From positions 1,426,001 to 1,490,000 of the forward strand of contig NW_020845264.1 in assembly GCF_003704095.1 (NCBI RefSeq): DNA of 64,000 bases, in the 5' to 3' direction. The notes beneath the pieces are model-generated. The model did not search any database, was not told where the DNA came from, and saw only the letters and a program-made list of their open reading frames with translations. How positions within the stretch are numbered: position 1 is the stretch's first letter; each line of letters starts with the position of its first letter. Positions 41,019 through 52,759 of the stretch are shown here, in pieces. Origin of the DNA: Pocillopora damicornis (Eukaryota). A program made the translations under genes and the position numbers.

Positions 41019-42850
41019 ATGGCTTCACGGTGTCATCTTTTTTGGACATTGTTTTTCTTGGTTATACTGGAAGGATTGTTTATAGGGACTATAACGAATT
41101 GGCCCTCGCTGTTTGAAGCACCAAACTCCAGAATAAAAGAAGCTCTCTATGTGAATTCACCTGAGGCGAGTGCAGCTTATATTTTTCAAAGAAGACGACC
41201 GAAAAACATCCTTCTCTTTGTAGCTATTCTAACGCACGCGTCCCGTAAAGCAAGACGGGACGCCATTCGAGATACGTGGTTTACTGAGTGTAAACTTAGA
41301 ACAGACGAGGTTTATTGTGCGTTCTTTACTGACCAAGCGGGCTTGGAAAACGAAACGAAAAATGCTATTTTACAAGAACATGAAGAAAACAACGACCTGA
41401 TTTTTCTTCAAGTCGAAGGTGAGTGGGTTGATTCGCTCATAAAAATTGTTTTTTTTTTATATATTAATTTTCCAGCAATATAACTGGCGATAGGCTGTAC
41501 TTATAACTAGATTTTCTTCAAATTCCTTGTTGAAAGAAATGGATGTTTAAATTATCATAACTCTGAACAGTACACTTTTGTGTATCCAGTAATCCGGATA
41601 ATCACTGACTTTTTTTGACATTCGAATTCTGACACGACGAAGCTATTGTTTTACAGAAATAAGGTTAAAGAAGATTTGAATTTTAAGAAGTGCGCGAAAT
41701 CGAATTTTTGGAATTGCGCGAAAAATTGGTGCTCTATGCAAAATAAGAAATATATTTTCTGGCTGCGCTCAAATTTCTACACACGGGCTCTTTTCGTATG
41801 TCGCTGCTCTGTCAGCAAGGCCAATCTCTTACAAATGAATTAAGGAGGTAAGTTTCTAAAGAAACTGTTGTGCTGTTGGGGTTTACAAGATTATTTGGTT
41901 TTATCATTGATAATGTAAATTGACTAGAGAGAGTTTCTGAAGCTGACGTTTTGAGCGTTAAATTTTCGTCAGAGCGAACTCTTTCAAAAGTTCTCCATAA
42001 TATTTATTAGTTATTTTTATATTTACGTGAAGATGGGTTTGGAAATTGAAACTTTTCGACTTCAGACTTCGTTTTTGATCACGAAGAAATCTTTTGAATC
42101 GAATGAGTGCTCCTCTGAAAATTTCAATACAGTAATTGCTCACTTTTGTTGACAGATAATTTAGCCTTCACCGAAAGATTGCTTCAGACAATGGAATGGG
42201 CATCAGAACGGCACAAGTTTGATTACTTTCTACGCATAGATGACGACCATTTCCTTTGCCTGGATCGACTTCTGTATGAATTAAATTTCCGTCCAAAGGA
42301 AGCACTGTACTGGGGATTTGTGCATTGTAAACCAAAAATAGTCCGCGTGGACGAAGCTTGGCTTCTTCTCACGCACGACTTGATCGAAGAGATTCTTGAG
42401 AAGAGAAACAGTAGTCTTCTTTGCTCCCCCTACGGTGATCAGGCGGCAGCGTTATGGATGATGGAGAGCAAGAAGAATGTTACTTACTTCATGGACAACC
42501 AAAGAATTGTACACAAAAGCGCAGGAAAAGATCAGAGGTTTTTACTCGATAAGGACGTTTGCCAAAAATATTTGAGTCTTCATGGATCGTACCCCAGATC
42601 TATGAGACAATTGTGGCTGTCTTCTTATGTCTTGCGCAAGGAAACTTCACTGTCTGGTTCATATAATATCACTGAAATAGAACCGTTCGCAAAGTTGTGC
42701 CGCCATTCCCCTGTTTTTGATTATATGGGGTTCTTCCCTGAGTTTAGGTTCGAGCCCAAGCCCTGCTCGGGAAACCCGAAGTGGTCCATTTCTAAGAAAC
42801 CCCATGTGGGCCGAGAAGAAGCTGGGGAAAGATACTCAAAGTATAAATAA
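41019..42850 (+). CDS. Glycosyltransferase family 31 (beta-1,3-galactosyltransferase, B3GALT6-like); exons 41019-41418 and 42156-42850
   Basis: Type II anchor LFWTLFFLVILEGLFIG; LLFVAILT...RRDAIRDTW; EHEENNDLIFL; FDYFLRIDDDHF (DxD motif); LYWGF; phase-1 GT-AG intron joins QVE-D-NLAF in frame. Confidence 0.85.
41837..41978 (-). mobile_element. Penelope-like retroelement terminal fragment with a degenerate hammerhead-like core
   Basis: Minus strand reads TTCGCTCTGACGAAAATTTAACGCTCAAAACGTCAGC ... AACCAAATAATCTTGTAA ... CAGCACAACAGTTTCTTTAGAAACTTACC; homologous to 53945-54078. Confidence 0.6.
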
Positions 42851-45800
42851 TGATAATGATATAGTTATTTTGTCGCGAATTCGCTGAAAATCCGTATTGG
42901 ACCGCAGAAGGGCGTGAAACAGAAGAGACGAATCTTGAAACCAAAACAAGAGAAAAATATCTTTTTTCTCGCATCGAGGAAGTTTTGAGTATCAGATGAT
43001 GGAACGAAATAGGGAGAATTTCACTTTATCAGTTTAAAAACTGCGGTAAATTTTTGTATACTCTCATTATTGCTTTGCTCAACAAATTACTCGCGACGGA
43101 AATTAAGAGATTTCTCGTATTAGTCACTCATTACGAAAAGGTCACAGTTTCACAGATTCTATTTAGTCATTCAAGCTGTTCTTAATATGTATACCAATCA
43201 TATTATCTTTGTCTTCATCTTTTGAAACGCTCAAATGTCCGCAATTTGTTGAGTGAACAACATGATTTAGGTGCAAATTCCTTTCTCTCCGACCCAAAGG
43301 AAGTACTTCGATGAAAATCAGACGCCTCAATTGCTCAATACCTCTGACGTTTACCGTGCGTGAACAAAATAAATTCCAATGAACGCCGACGTTTATGAGT
43401 TTGTCAATCAAACATCTCTATGAGTGGGTTTAATCTGTATGCGGGCAGTTTATTATTCAATTACTTCCTATTTTCGTTGAGGGATCCTTTATTTATTCTG
43501 TTTCCTATAGAAGTTTATTCAGTCAGATTGTTTACTTTATTGTTAGGTGCTGAGCGGGAATGGTGAATTAGAACTCTACATGACTTTACTTACAATGGAC
43601 GAAACCGCGAAAATTCCGATGTATTGTTGTCAACTTGTTGCGGTCATGCATCAAACCGCGAAAACTCGAACATTTAATGCTCTGCGCAGTAGAATAAAAA
43701 CGCCTTAAAATTTAATAAGTTTACTTTAAGAATCAAAGCTTTTTGAAAAGTGTGGATTAGCGCTTAAGTGTAATCGGTCTTGGAAATAATTTTCTCTTCT
43801 CGGCTTGAAGCGCGGTCCTAAAATTTCCCTTTGTGATGAAAATAGTAAATAGTTTCAGCTTTTTAACTCATGTAGTAATCGCTCAATTAAGATGAAGTTT
43901 TGTCAAAGGAAGCCAATAACAGAATCAGTGAAGGGAAAATAAAAAAAAGAGAAAAGAAAAAGTTACACGAATTATTCTCAAAGGCATTCAATTACATGCT
44001 TTCAGAAGTTTTTCCCATTATAATCAGGCGGCCGCGTTGCAATCCAATCTAATTTACATCTGTATCTGTGTGTTAATTGTGTTAGGCATTCTGCTAGTGG
44101 CCTATTCTAGAAAACAAAACAGCCCATAAATACACATACAATGTAGAATCTTTTGTTGTTTAATGTTTCGTAAAAAATGGATGGTGGTCATACCTCAGCG
44201 AGCGAGGGTCATGTCTGCTTTTGTGCTTAAAAACTCATTTACGTTTCCTGAGAACACATGCCAGCGTCTCAAACTTTCTGAATTTCAAGAATCTCGGGTT
44301 AGAAATCGAAAGTCTGGCGACAATATCATGTTTGGCTCTACTACAGAAATGACATAAAGTAGCCGATGTGTCGTGTTTTAATAAGCTTAATCAAGAATTC
44401 TTGTATGTGATTACACCAGGCTTTTTACTCTGGGAGAGAAACGCGCGAGGCGTACGTTACATTTACAACGCAGGTAGGGATAATTTCTTAATATCTTATA
44501 TATCAATGAATGATTTGTTAATGCTTTGATTGGTAAAGAAAGATCATTTCCCGAGAAAATCTGCCACGAACCCTCACAGCACAAAGGTAATTGTGCCCGC
44601 TACCATGTAGCTCAAAACTATGTTTACTCTATAAGAAGTACCTCTTAGCCTTGATGTTTTCCATTCGTTAGCAAGAAAGACGATGACATTTCTTAATCCG
44701 GAAAATGTTACTACTAAATAACGCGTTAAAACTTCGGGAAAAACCACTTCTACGGTCGATTCCTCCGCGCTTAAGACAAGTGCTGATCGTATCTGTGAGT
44801 GTTTGTGAATTCCACTGGTTCCCGAGTCAATATAAATCCACGATTAAGCGCATATCAGGAAGAGTAGACGTAAATGGTATGTTGTGGTCTCATGTAGTCT
44901 TACTTTGAACTGACCATTATCACAAATGTTCATACATTTACGTCCGAGCTGCTTAAAGCTTATTTTGAACTTACAAAAGGAAACAAAAGCATTGATAGTT
45001 ATCAGTAAAAGAAGCGCCAAACTGTTCCTCTTTCTTATTGATCAGTGGTCTTTAAAACAGCATTTCATATTGTTATGCTTCAATATTCAATATTCACGTG
45101 GCTGTGTAATGAAACATAACTGTTATAGCCCACATTTTGTATTCCTTTTAATGAAGGCTTCTTGCATTTATTCGAGATTCAAGCAATTTGTGAGAACTAG
45201 AAGTAAGGCGGGTTCAAAGTGTCATCTGTTTGAGTGCTCGTTACGACACCTGAGGCAATTTCTGTAGTGTCATATCTACGCCAAAGAATGCTAATAGATG
45301 GCTAATTGCTCTTTTGGACCCAAATGCAATGAAATTAATCACCGGTGACGGCTGTGTTGACAAAAGAAGTCTGCAAGTGTTGTTAAAAATAGCGGAACGC
45401 CAGCAGCAATATTGCTGTAGTTAATTTGTGATGCGACCTTCATGTAGAACGGGCCAGTGGTTTTGGACAGCGTCGTTTGGAGTTTCTCTTGAATTGTGAC
45501 AAATTGCTACATTGTTAGTGCTCTTTAATTATTTTCATTTGAAATTTACGAACGTACTTGTGACAAGTAGAAACATTGGAAACAAACAAAAGAAAGGCGT
45601 GTTATTAAGCTCTTATGTAAACTACTTGAAGATATTGTGGTAAAAAATTGTTTCTATGGTTTCGTGTTGCTGTTACGAATAAACACTTGAGGACGGAAAA
45701 ATAACTTCCAACTCCAAATTCTTGTTTTTCTTCCGGCTTGTTTATTTTGAAACGATATATCGTGGGGATTAAAAACAATTCGATCGATCTCTTGTCTTAT

Positions 45801-46874
45801 GCGATTATGCACAAAGAAAAAAGAAACGAGATAAATCAATAATACGGAAGACTTTATTTAGGAAACGCTTATAGGTCCGCAAAGCGTACGCAAAACCTCT
45901 TGTCGCGACCATGACAGTGAACTTCACGGATTAATCAAATTATATCAAACACGATTTCGTGACCTCTCCTCCTGCGTGTTGACGTCACATGGCATAAGGC
46001 GTATACACAGCTGGATTTTTTTTAAGTTTGATATTTTAATCCATATTTGCTTTTTCACGCTTTGCCAAGGGTGAGATGCGATGGTGGATGAAAATACCCT
46101 ACTGGGTGAGTTTTGACTCTTTTTCCGTGACGTAGAGGTCGTGAAATATTTGATTTCTGAGACAACATCTGTCGTGTTTAATTACGAGAGATAAGGCTGG
46201 TGTAATGATGTAATTTTGCCCCGGCTGCATTATCAGATATACGCTAATAGCATCACCTGCCCGCGTAAAGTTTCATTTAAATCACGCTTTTATTGAGGCG
46301 TAGAATATAATTACCTTAAATTAGAAAATCCTAAAATCGTGGTTAACTATGGCGATCGCAGGTCAAAAAGGAGAGACCAGCCCAAAAAGAGAACAAACAG
46401 GGTCTGGAATAGAGGGAATGGAATCGGTTTGAAAGTTCCACGTGAAATCTCATGAAAAAAATCTATCTGTAAAATTAAGTGAATTATTATGCTTTTTTAT
46501 TTCTATCGATTTTTGTTCATTCAATAGTTTTATGGTAAGGTTGTCTGTAATTAATGTCCGGTAGAGTATCTGCAGGTCGGGGTCGGCCGATTGTCTTTCA
46601 GATCAAGTTTCTCTCATTTCGTAACACCGTTATCATTCTCGTTCTTTGGTCTGTTCAATTAAAGAAGGGAGTGAAAATAGTGATCATTGATACTTTCAGA
46701 CAAGACTTTTTTTTTTAACATTAATCAGGTTATTCAAAGAGGCAGCTAACGGTACTTATATGTCTCGTTATTCTGATACGTTTTAGCTCAATTAGAATTG
46801 GGTACCTCAAAATATCTCAAGAATATCCTTCAAGGGCTTTATGATGATATTGCTACTTATGGTTATGATGACAA

Positions 46875-46919
46875 TTATAATAATAATAACGATAATAGTA
46901 ATAATAACAATAATAATAG
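46875..46919. repeat. Imperfect (AAT)n microsatellite
   Basis: ATAATAATAATAACGATAATAGTAATAATAACAATAATAATAG. Confidence 0.8.
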
Positions 46920-48317
46920 TTACAACTATGGTTTCGCGTAAACAATGGATGATTTCAAAGTCTGTAGATTGTTCTTTCAGATTAAGGAATCTTTAAAGAG
47001 TTCGGGCGGAAGATTTTCGCAGTTTGCCCGGAAGCAGTACGGCCTTAATCTCCTCAAATATTTCTTGGTCATGTCTTGTTAGTGTTTCACACACTCTATT
47101 CAAAATGGTGCAAATGATGTAGACCCACACGCGCGAGGGAAAAGTCGTCCATATCGCGATTGATTCCTCTCGCGTGTGATTCTTAGATTATCGTCAGGCA
47201 TTTTTTTAATTTTTGTTTATGCGTTTTTTTTTTCAACGCTTTTTCTGATTTGAGCCTTGTTGCCCTGTTTTGTAAATTTTTCCAATTAACTCTTGGTGCC
47301 AAAATTTCCCACATTAGTCATTACTGAAGTTGTCAAAGGGTCAATACGTGACGTGTGTTTAAGCCTAAAATTAATACGTAACGGCGAATTTAAACGGAAG
47401 GCAAGGTGAAATGTTCCCTTTTGAAATCATGACGTGTGAAATACCGCTCAAAGTATACCTGAAGAGTAAATAATTCTACAATTTGTGCATGAAATGGGAT
47501 CAGGATCCTTTCTTTGCTACCTCTAGTGCTGACCCCCTTTAAGGTCTAAGGCGAGTTGGTGAGTCGAGGAAGAAAACTCAATCGACTTTAACATTCAGAG
47601 GTGACGACAAAAATCAGCCTCCACCGATTACAGTGCATTGCTACTATTGTTGAGGTGAGAGGGGTGTCAAAGAAGTTCACTTTGAGTCCTCTTTGACGTA
47701 TTCTTTGCCTCCTACAATGATCTATTCTTACCATAAGCCATCAATGAAAAAGTAATTAAACTCATCTCGCTGCGTCATCAAAGAAAATTAAGCAGTTTAG
47801 GTAATATATGATAGGACTATCTTCTGCCAGTCGTTGAAAAGTTGGTCGATCTAAAATAACAGTGTATAGTCTTTCGCTCTCGTTAATAAAAATGTAGAAC
47901 AACCTTAAACTGCGCTTTAAGTCAAGGTGTGTTGTCGGTACAAGTTAGTGATTAACGAAACAAAAGACTTTTCAAGAGGTTTTCGTATTGATCTTTCCCA
48001 TACAAGTATTTTCCATTTTTGGCGCGCAGACAAAGGACAGCAACAGTTGTCTGTGGAATATTGGCAAAGTAACTAAACAGTTCATATGCCAACGGTCGGA
48101 AACGCGCGGGTACTTTAACGAGAGCTCTTGAAAATGTTACTATTCTAAGAACTGCTGACGCAAATATTAGACTGGCCTGAGGTGGGCATGGAACCCCATA
48201 TATACAAATGCGCGACTGGTGCAAGATGTCTCAGTTTATTCTTTGAGGGAAACAAGAGCAACGTGCGCGCACTCAGGAAAGAAATATTAATTTACAGAAT
48301 CATTTATAATTGCTACA

Positions 48318-49517
48318 ATGTTTATTATTACAGGAAAAATCGAGATTTTGAGTCTACTTCCAGCTCGTCGACGCAAAATCAAGATGGAGACCGACAACGC
48401 AGAAGAACTGAGTTATGTCAACAACGACGAAAGCTCATCGTTTTACAGCGAAAACGATGAGCAATATTCAGACGATGATTTTGGATCCGAATGCAGTTGT
48501 TCCACGTGTAGCACATGTTCCACATGTGAACTATGCGAGGAGGAGCTAGCGGACGAGGAGTTTGGGGACAGTTCTGACGAGGAAATGAGACACAATGTTC
48601 CCAGATGTGAACCTAATCTTCAATTTTGTAACAGCGACAGTGATAATACGGAAAAACAAATCCATGCGCTGAACAGCGAGTTACAACGAACAACCAAAAA
48701 CGGTTACAAGACCGATGAACAATATATCATCGAGAAGGTTGCGAATGTTGTGGTCTTGAAAGCGGACGCATCTCAGTTTCAAAATGGAGGTTATATCACT
48801 GGGAAAGGTAAAACTCAGGAACTTCTTCTTGGAGGGAAACAGAGGAAGAAGAGAGTGACGTTTTTTGATTCCTCGTCATCATCGGATGTACAAGCCGAAG
48901 CCTTTTCTATCTCTAGTCTCTCTGACAGCAGTACAAGTGGTTGTTGCGCAGATTTTAACCAACATCTCCAAAATGGCGATAACTTTGATCACAAAACAAT
49001 TTCAAGCGATCCAGTAAAGGAACATAGTAATGACCTCTCCGAAGGCGATTTGGACAGAGAATACCATCGCTTAAAAAGTGTTTTAAAAACGATCGATCCC
49101 TCAAAACTTCTTGGTGTCCTAAAACACAGCTTGAAAACTAAAGACTTGGAAACCATCAACGCCTTGGGAACTTTACTTCCCAAGAACAAGTTTACCGCTG
49201 ACACTGTTCACTGTGTTCGCTGTCACAAAGAGTATGACCCTCACTTTGGCAGAAAAAGATGCACTCTCTACCACCCTGAGAAAGACGTTTGGAAAATTTC
49301 TCAAAATTCTCAAGGAGCTACCTTCAAGTGCGGCCTGTGTTCGAGTCTATTCACTTTGCAAGGAGCCTGTGACTATAAGCCAGGCACTGCGAGTGAAAAG
49401 AACTGTGGGATATGCTTTGAAGGTGTCCATACGCCCGACCCTAATGAAGTTAGTTACCAGCCCTCTGGCGCAGCACAGTGTTGTGAAGACAAAGGTTGTA
49501 TCGAATTTTACGTTTAG
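48318..49517 (+). CDS. Uncharacterised protein: acidic/Ser-rich N-terminus with a Cys cluster and a C-terminal Cys/His-rich (putative Zn-binding) domain; start at 48384 or spliced from an upstream micro-exon 46081-46105
   Basis: 1.2-kb uninterrupted ORF with protein-like composition; CSCSTCSTCSTCELC; HCVRCHKEY..C..YHP..CGLC..CGICFEGVHTPD..CCEDKGC; acceptor-like TTACAG|G at 48333. Confidence 0.8.
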   Translation: MFIITGKIEILSLLPARRRKIKMETDNAEELSYVNNDESSSFYSENDEQYSDDDFGSECSCSTCSTCSTCELCEEELADEEFGDSSDEEMRHNVPRCEPNLQFCNSDSDNTEKQIHALNSELQRTTKNGYKTDEQYIIEKVANVVVLKADASQFQNGGYITGKGKTQELLLGGKQRKKRVTFFDSSSSSDVQAEAFSISSLSDSSTSGCCADFNQHLQNGDNFDHKTISSDPVKEHSNDLSEGDLDREYHRLKSVLKTIDPSKLLGVLKHSLKTKDLETINALGTLLPKNKFTADTVHCVRCHKEYDPHFGRKRCTLYHPEKDVWKISQNSQGATFKCGLCSSLFTLQGACDYKPGTASEKNCGICFEGVHTPDPNEVSYQPSGAAQCCEDKGCIEFYV

Positions 49518-51144
49518 CGGAGTGCATAGTAACGATGCAAAACTTTTTTTGTGTCATACCATTAAGAATCCCACGAGACGTTTTTCAATTTTCGGTATAT
49601 CAAGAAAATGCAGGATAAAGGAAGGATACTTCATAGTATATAATAACACAGCGTTGCATAATTAGTTTACAGCCTGTCCTATATCAACACAATCAATTCA
49701 GAGTGTAACACCGTCAAATATACAACACCCCCTTTGTATCCTGATTGGCGGATTTTTTTCACAGCATAGTATAAAATACTTATTTAGATTTTGGCTTTAC
49801 AGTAGTACCACTAACTATGGAAATGCCTCATTTTGACATACTGCTGAATTTCACGGTTGCTGGCAACAGTTATGGGGTTGTGATATCTCTTTACCTTTTT
49901 GTTTTGTTTTCTGTCAAAGATATCTTCCAGGCGAGAGCAGTTTTACAATACCCGCTGTAATTAGGTGGCAAAGACTGAAGTTATAACACCTGAAAAATCA
50001 GAGATTGTGTCAGGCTTTCAGTCAAAGAAAACAAGCAATAGAGTGGGCGCACGAAAAATGGCTGGCAGATGGACGCGGCAGCTGCGGTTGTCAAGAATGA
50101 AAACCAAATCTTTCGCGCTCCCACTCTTTCGCGCGTCTTTTTTGACGGAGAACCTGGAACAGGCTAGAGCAACCTTCGTCTGGTTCAGCTGATGGCTTCA
50201 GCTGAGCCTGCGAACAGGCTCTCAATTGGTCGGCGACACTAGCAGCGAGGTCCACTTGTTTCGAGCTCGCTGGCGGTGTAAGCAGGAGTCCGCGAGTATT
50301 GTGGCTCGAAAATAAGAACCAGACTTCTCGAAGAGCTCTTGCACGCCCACCTTGCTCGCCGACTCTCGTTTGAGAGTAACAATGGGGTAAACCGTTAGCC
50401 GTAAACCGGCAAAAGAATTTAGTGGTCAGGCGAAAAAAAGGTACAAATTTTAACCTTTAGTCGTAAAAAAAAGTAACTGTAAAAATTTTCTTTTGATCGC
50501 AACAGAAATGCATCAACCGTTTGACCGTTAGCCGTAAAAGAAATCACCCCATTGAGACCCTGCCATTTCTGTATGTTGTGAAAAGCGAGTGTAACATCGG
50601 AAGAACTTTAGAAACATCAATTATAATGAAAATTATAGTTATGACTAAAACAAATACTTGATGTTTGTAACAAATTGTGACAGTCATTATTAAAACCAAG
50701 AGTTTTTGTTTCCATCGCCATAGCTTTGTTTGTGTACTGTACAGACCTCTTCAGAGTTATGACAAGCGAAGAAAGGCCACTCAAACCTCATATCGAGAGG
50801 CTATTTAAAGCAAATATTTTCCCGCAACCACGCTATTCCCACGCATTAAGAGATTCACCAGTACAGAGCGAAGATTTATCGTGATTTCAGGGAACTAGCG
50901 ATGTTCAGATTGTTTATATGTTCGCATTATGTGTTCTATTGCACAAACTTTTCGAATCATCAAGACCACGTGAAATGCATGCACGAGTAGTTAGTACGTT
51001 TCTTTTTTCATGATATACTTACCAACAGTTCTTACCGACGTTTCTTTAACTTATTCGTCCTCCGGCGGTACAACCAACTCGAGACACTTTCCAACGGTTT
51101 GAAATCAAAGCAATTGTGACATACTGATCTAGATTTATATTTTC

Positions 51145-51582
51145 GAAATATCTTTGAATTATCGCTTTTTTCAATTAATCTTTAAAAGCTTTAATTTCAA
51201 GGGTGTGAAGAACGGAAATCCGTGCTTTACATTACTTTATTAGTAATTAGGCTACATACCATTGGTCTGCAGGACAGGACTTCAGTTCAAATTAAAGAAT
51301 TGAAGATATTTAAGAATTAACGTTTTTTTAAATTCATTCAGGGTTGAGAAGGGCGGAAATCCGTGCTCTACCTTACTCATAGAAATAAGGCTTAATAACA
51401 TTTCTCTGCAGGAGCGGACTTCAGTTCAAATTCAAGATATTTGAGAATTAGCATCTTTTTTTAATTTATCTTCAAAAGCTTTACTTTCAAGGTTGTGAAG
51501 GGCGGAAATCCATACCTTGCTCATAGAGATAAGGCTAAGTTATTTTTTCTCTGCATGAGCCGACTCCAGTTCGAATTGAAGG
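51145..51582. repeat. Three diverged tandem copies of an approximately 145-bp unit
   Basis: Each unit has GAAG(GG/AA)CGGAAATCC ... TAAGGCT ... CTGCA(G/T)GA..GACT(T/C)CAGTTC(A/G)AATT, at about 51207, 51347 and 51497. Confidence 0.85.
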
Positions 51583-51727
51583 TACTAGAACAAAATCTCA
51601 TTACATTTAATGTGATAACCGTCATGCTTCCAAACAAGCTACTTCAAAATTAAAAAAAGCACAGGTATTCCTCATCAATCTTCGTTGATCTGTTTTTCTG
51701 TGCCATATATACCTTGAACTAAAGAGA

Positions 51728-51885
51728 TAATCCTCGCAGGCGAGCTGCAATCCAAGCAAAAAAGAAGCCCGAAAAAACATCAGGCTCAATAAGAGTCCAA
51801 CCCATGCCTCTCGGACACAAGTTGAACACTACGACTAATTGAGTTATGAACCACACGTTTGGAGAGAGGCAAATTTTAGAAGGTT
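51728..51885 (-). mobile_element. Highly degenerate tRNA-derived SINE fragment
   Basis: Minus strand shows AACTCAATTAGT (A-box-like), CATGGGTTGGACTC (B-box-like), then GCCTGATGTTTTTTCGGGC..CTGCGAGGAT, parallel to the 52617 element. Confidence 0.4.
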
Positions 51886-52430
51886 TTTTTTTCCCATGGA
51901 GTGATCTGATCACAATTCTTACTGAAATAAAGTTCATTTGACCAGCGCATTTGACCTCAGGTCGAATGACATTTATTTAATTAAAAATTATGCTAAATAC
52001 CTTGGATATACAATGCAGTAAAGGTATCAGAATGGTTTTCTCAGCAGGAACTCATTTTCCTATACCCGGATCTTCGATAACGCACTCCAAAAATGAAATC
52101 CGGATTTCCACCGCAACAAAGTGAATTGCGATGTGCCCGTAACAAGATTTACCTCGAAAATCGATCCGTAAGAATAGAAGCTTTAGTTAAAATGCAAACC
52201 ACGTCACAAGGAGTGGAATTTCTAAATTTATTAATTACAAACTATATGTAGAAAATCTCTTTCGTTTTTCTAAATTTCAAGTAACAATTTTTCTCTCCCT
52301 CTCTCCCCTTCGTAATCTTTTTGTATTCGCGCGCGGCGCGCGTGATTTCACAAATTAGCCAATCTCGTCAAGGAACTTTAACCTTGACATTGGAAAACTG
52401 ACGTGGACACTTTTCGCGTACTTTTAGTTT

Positions 52431-52530
52431 NNNNNNNNNNNNNNNNNNNNNNNNNNNNNNNNNNNNNNNNNNNNNNNNNNNNNNNNNNNNNNNNNNNNNN
52501 NNNNNNNNNNNNNNNNNNNNNNNNNNNNNN
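52431..52530. other. Assembly gap (100 N)
   Basis: Run of N. Confidence 1.
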
Positions 52531-52536
52531 GACGTG

Positions 52537-52759
52537 AATATGAAAGCGATCTTCGCAGTAATGAACACTACTTGAGCATTAGTGGAAATAAGGCTACTAA
52601 TAACCAGCTCCCAGTTGGCTTTTTAGCTCGGTTGGTAGAGCACTGCACCGGTATCGCAAGGGTCATGGGTTCAAATCCCGTACAGGCCTGAATTTTTTTA
52701 GACCTTATTTTCACTACCGGTCAAATAGTGTTCATTACTGCGAAGATCGCTTTCATATT
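52537..52759 (+). mobile_element. tRNA-like core (52617-52689) enclosed by long inverted repeats; SINE-derived
   Basis: TAGCTCGGTTGGTAGAGC (A box) and GGGTTCAAATCCC (T arm/B box) with GGT in the anticodon position; flanks AATATGAAAGCGATCTTCGCAGTAATGAACACTA and its exact reverse complement. Confidence 0.75.

Noticed and set aside
52617-52689. Possible tRNA-Thr(GGT)
   Set aside because: Acceptor and anticodon stems pair poorly, the anticodon is atypical for eukaryotes and it is embedded in a repeat.
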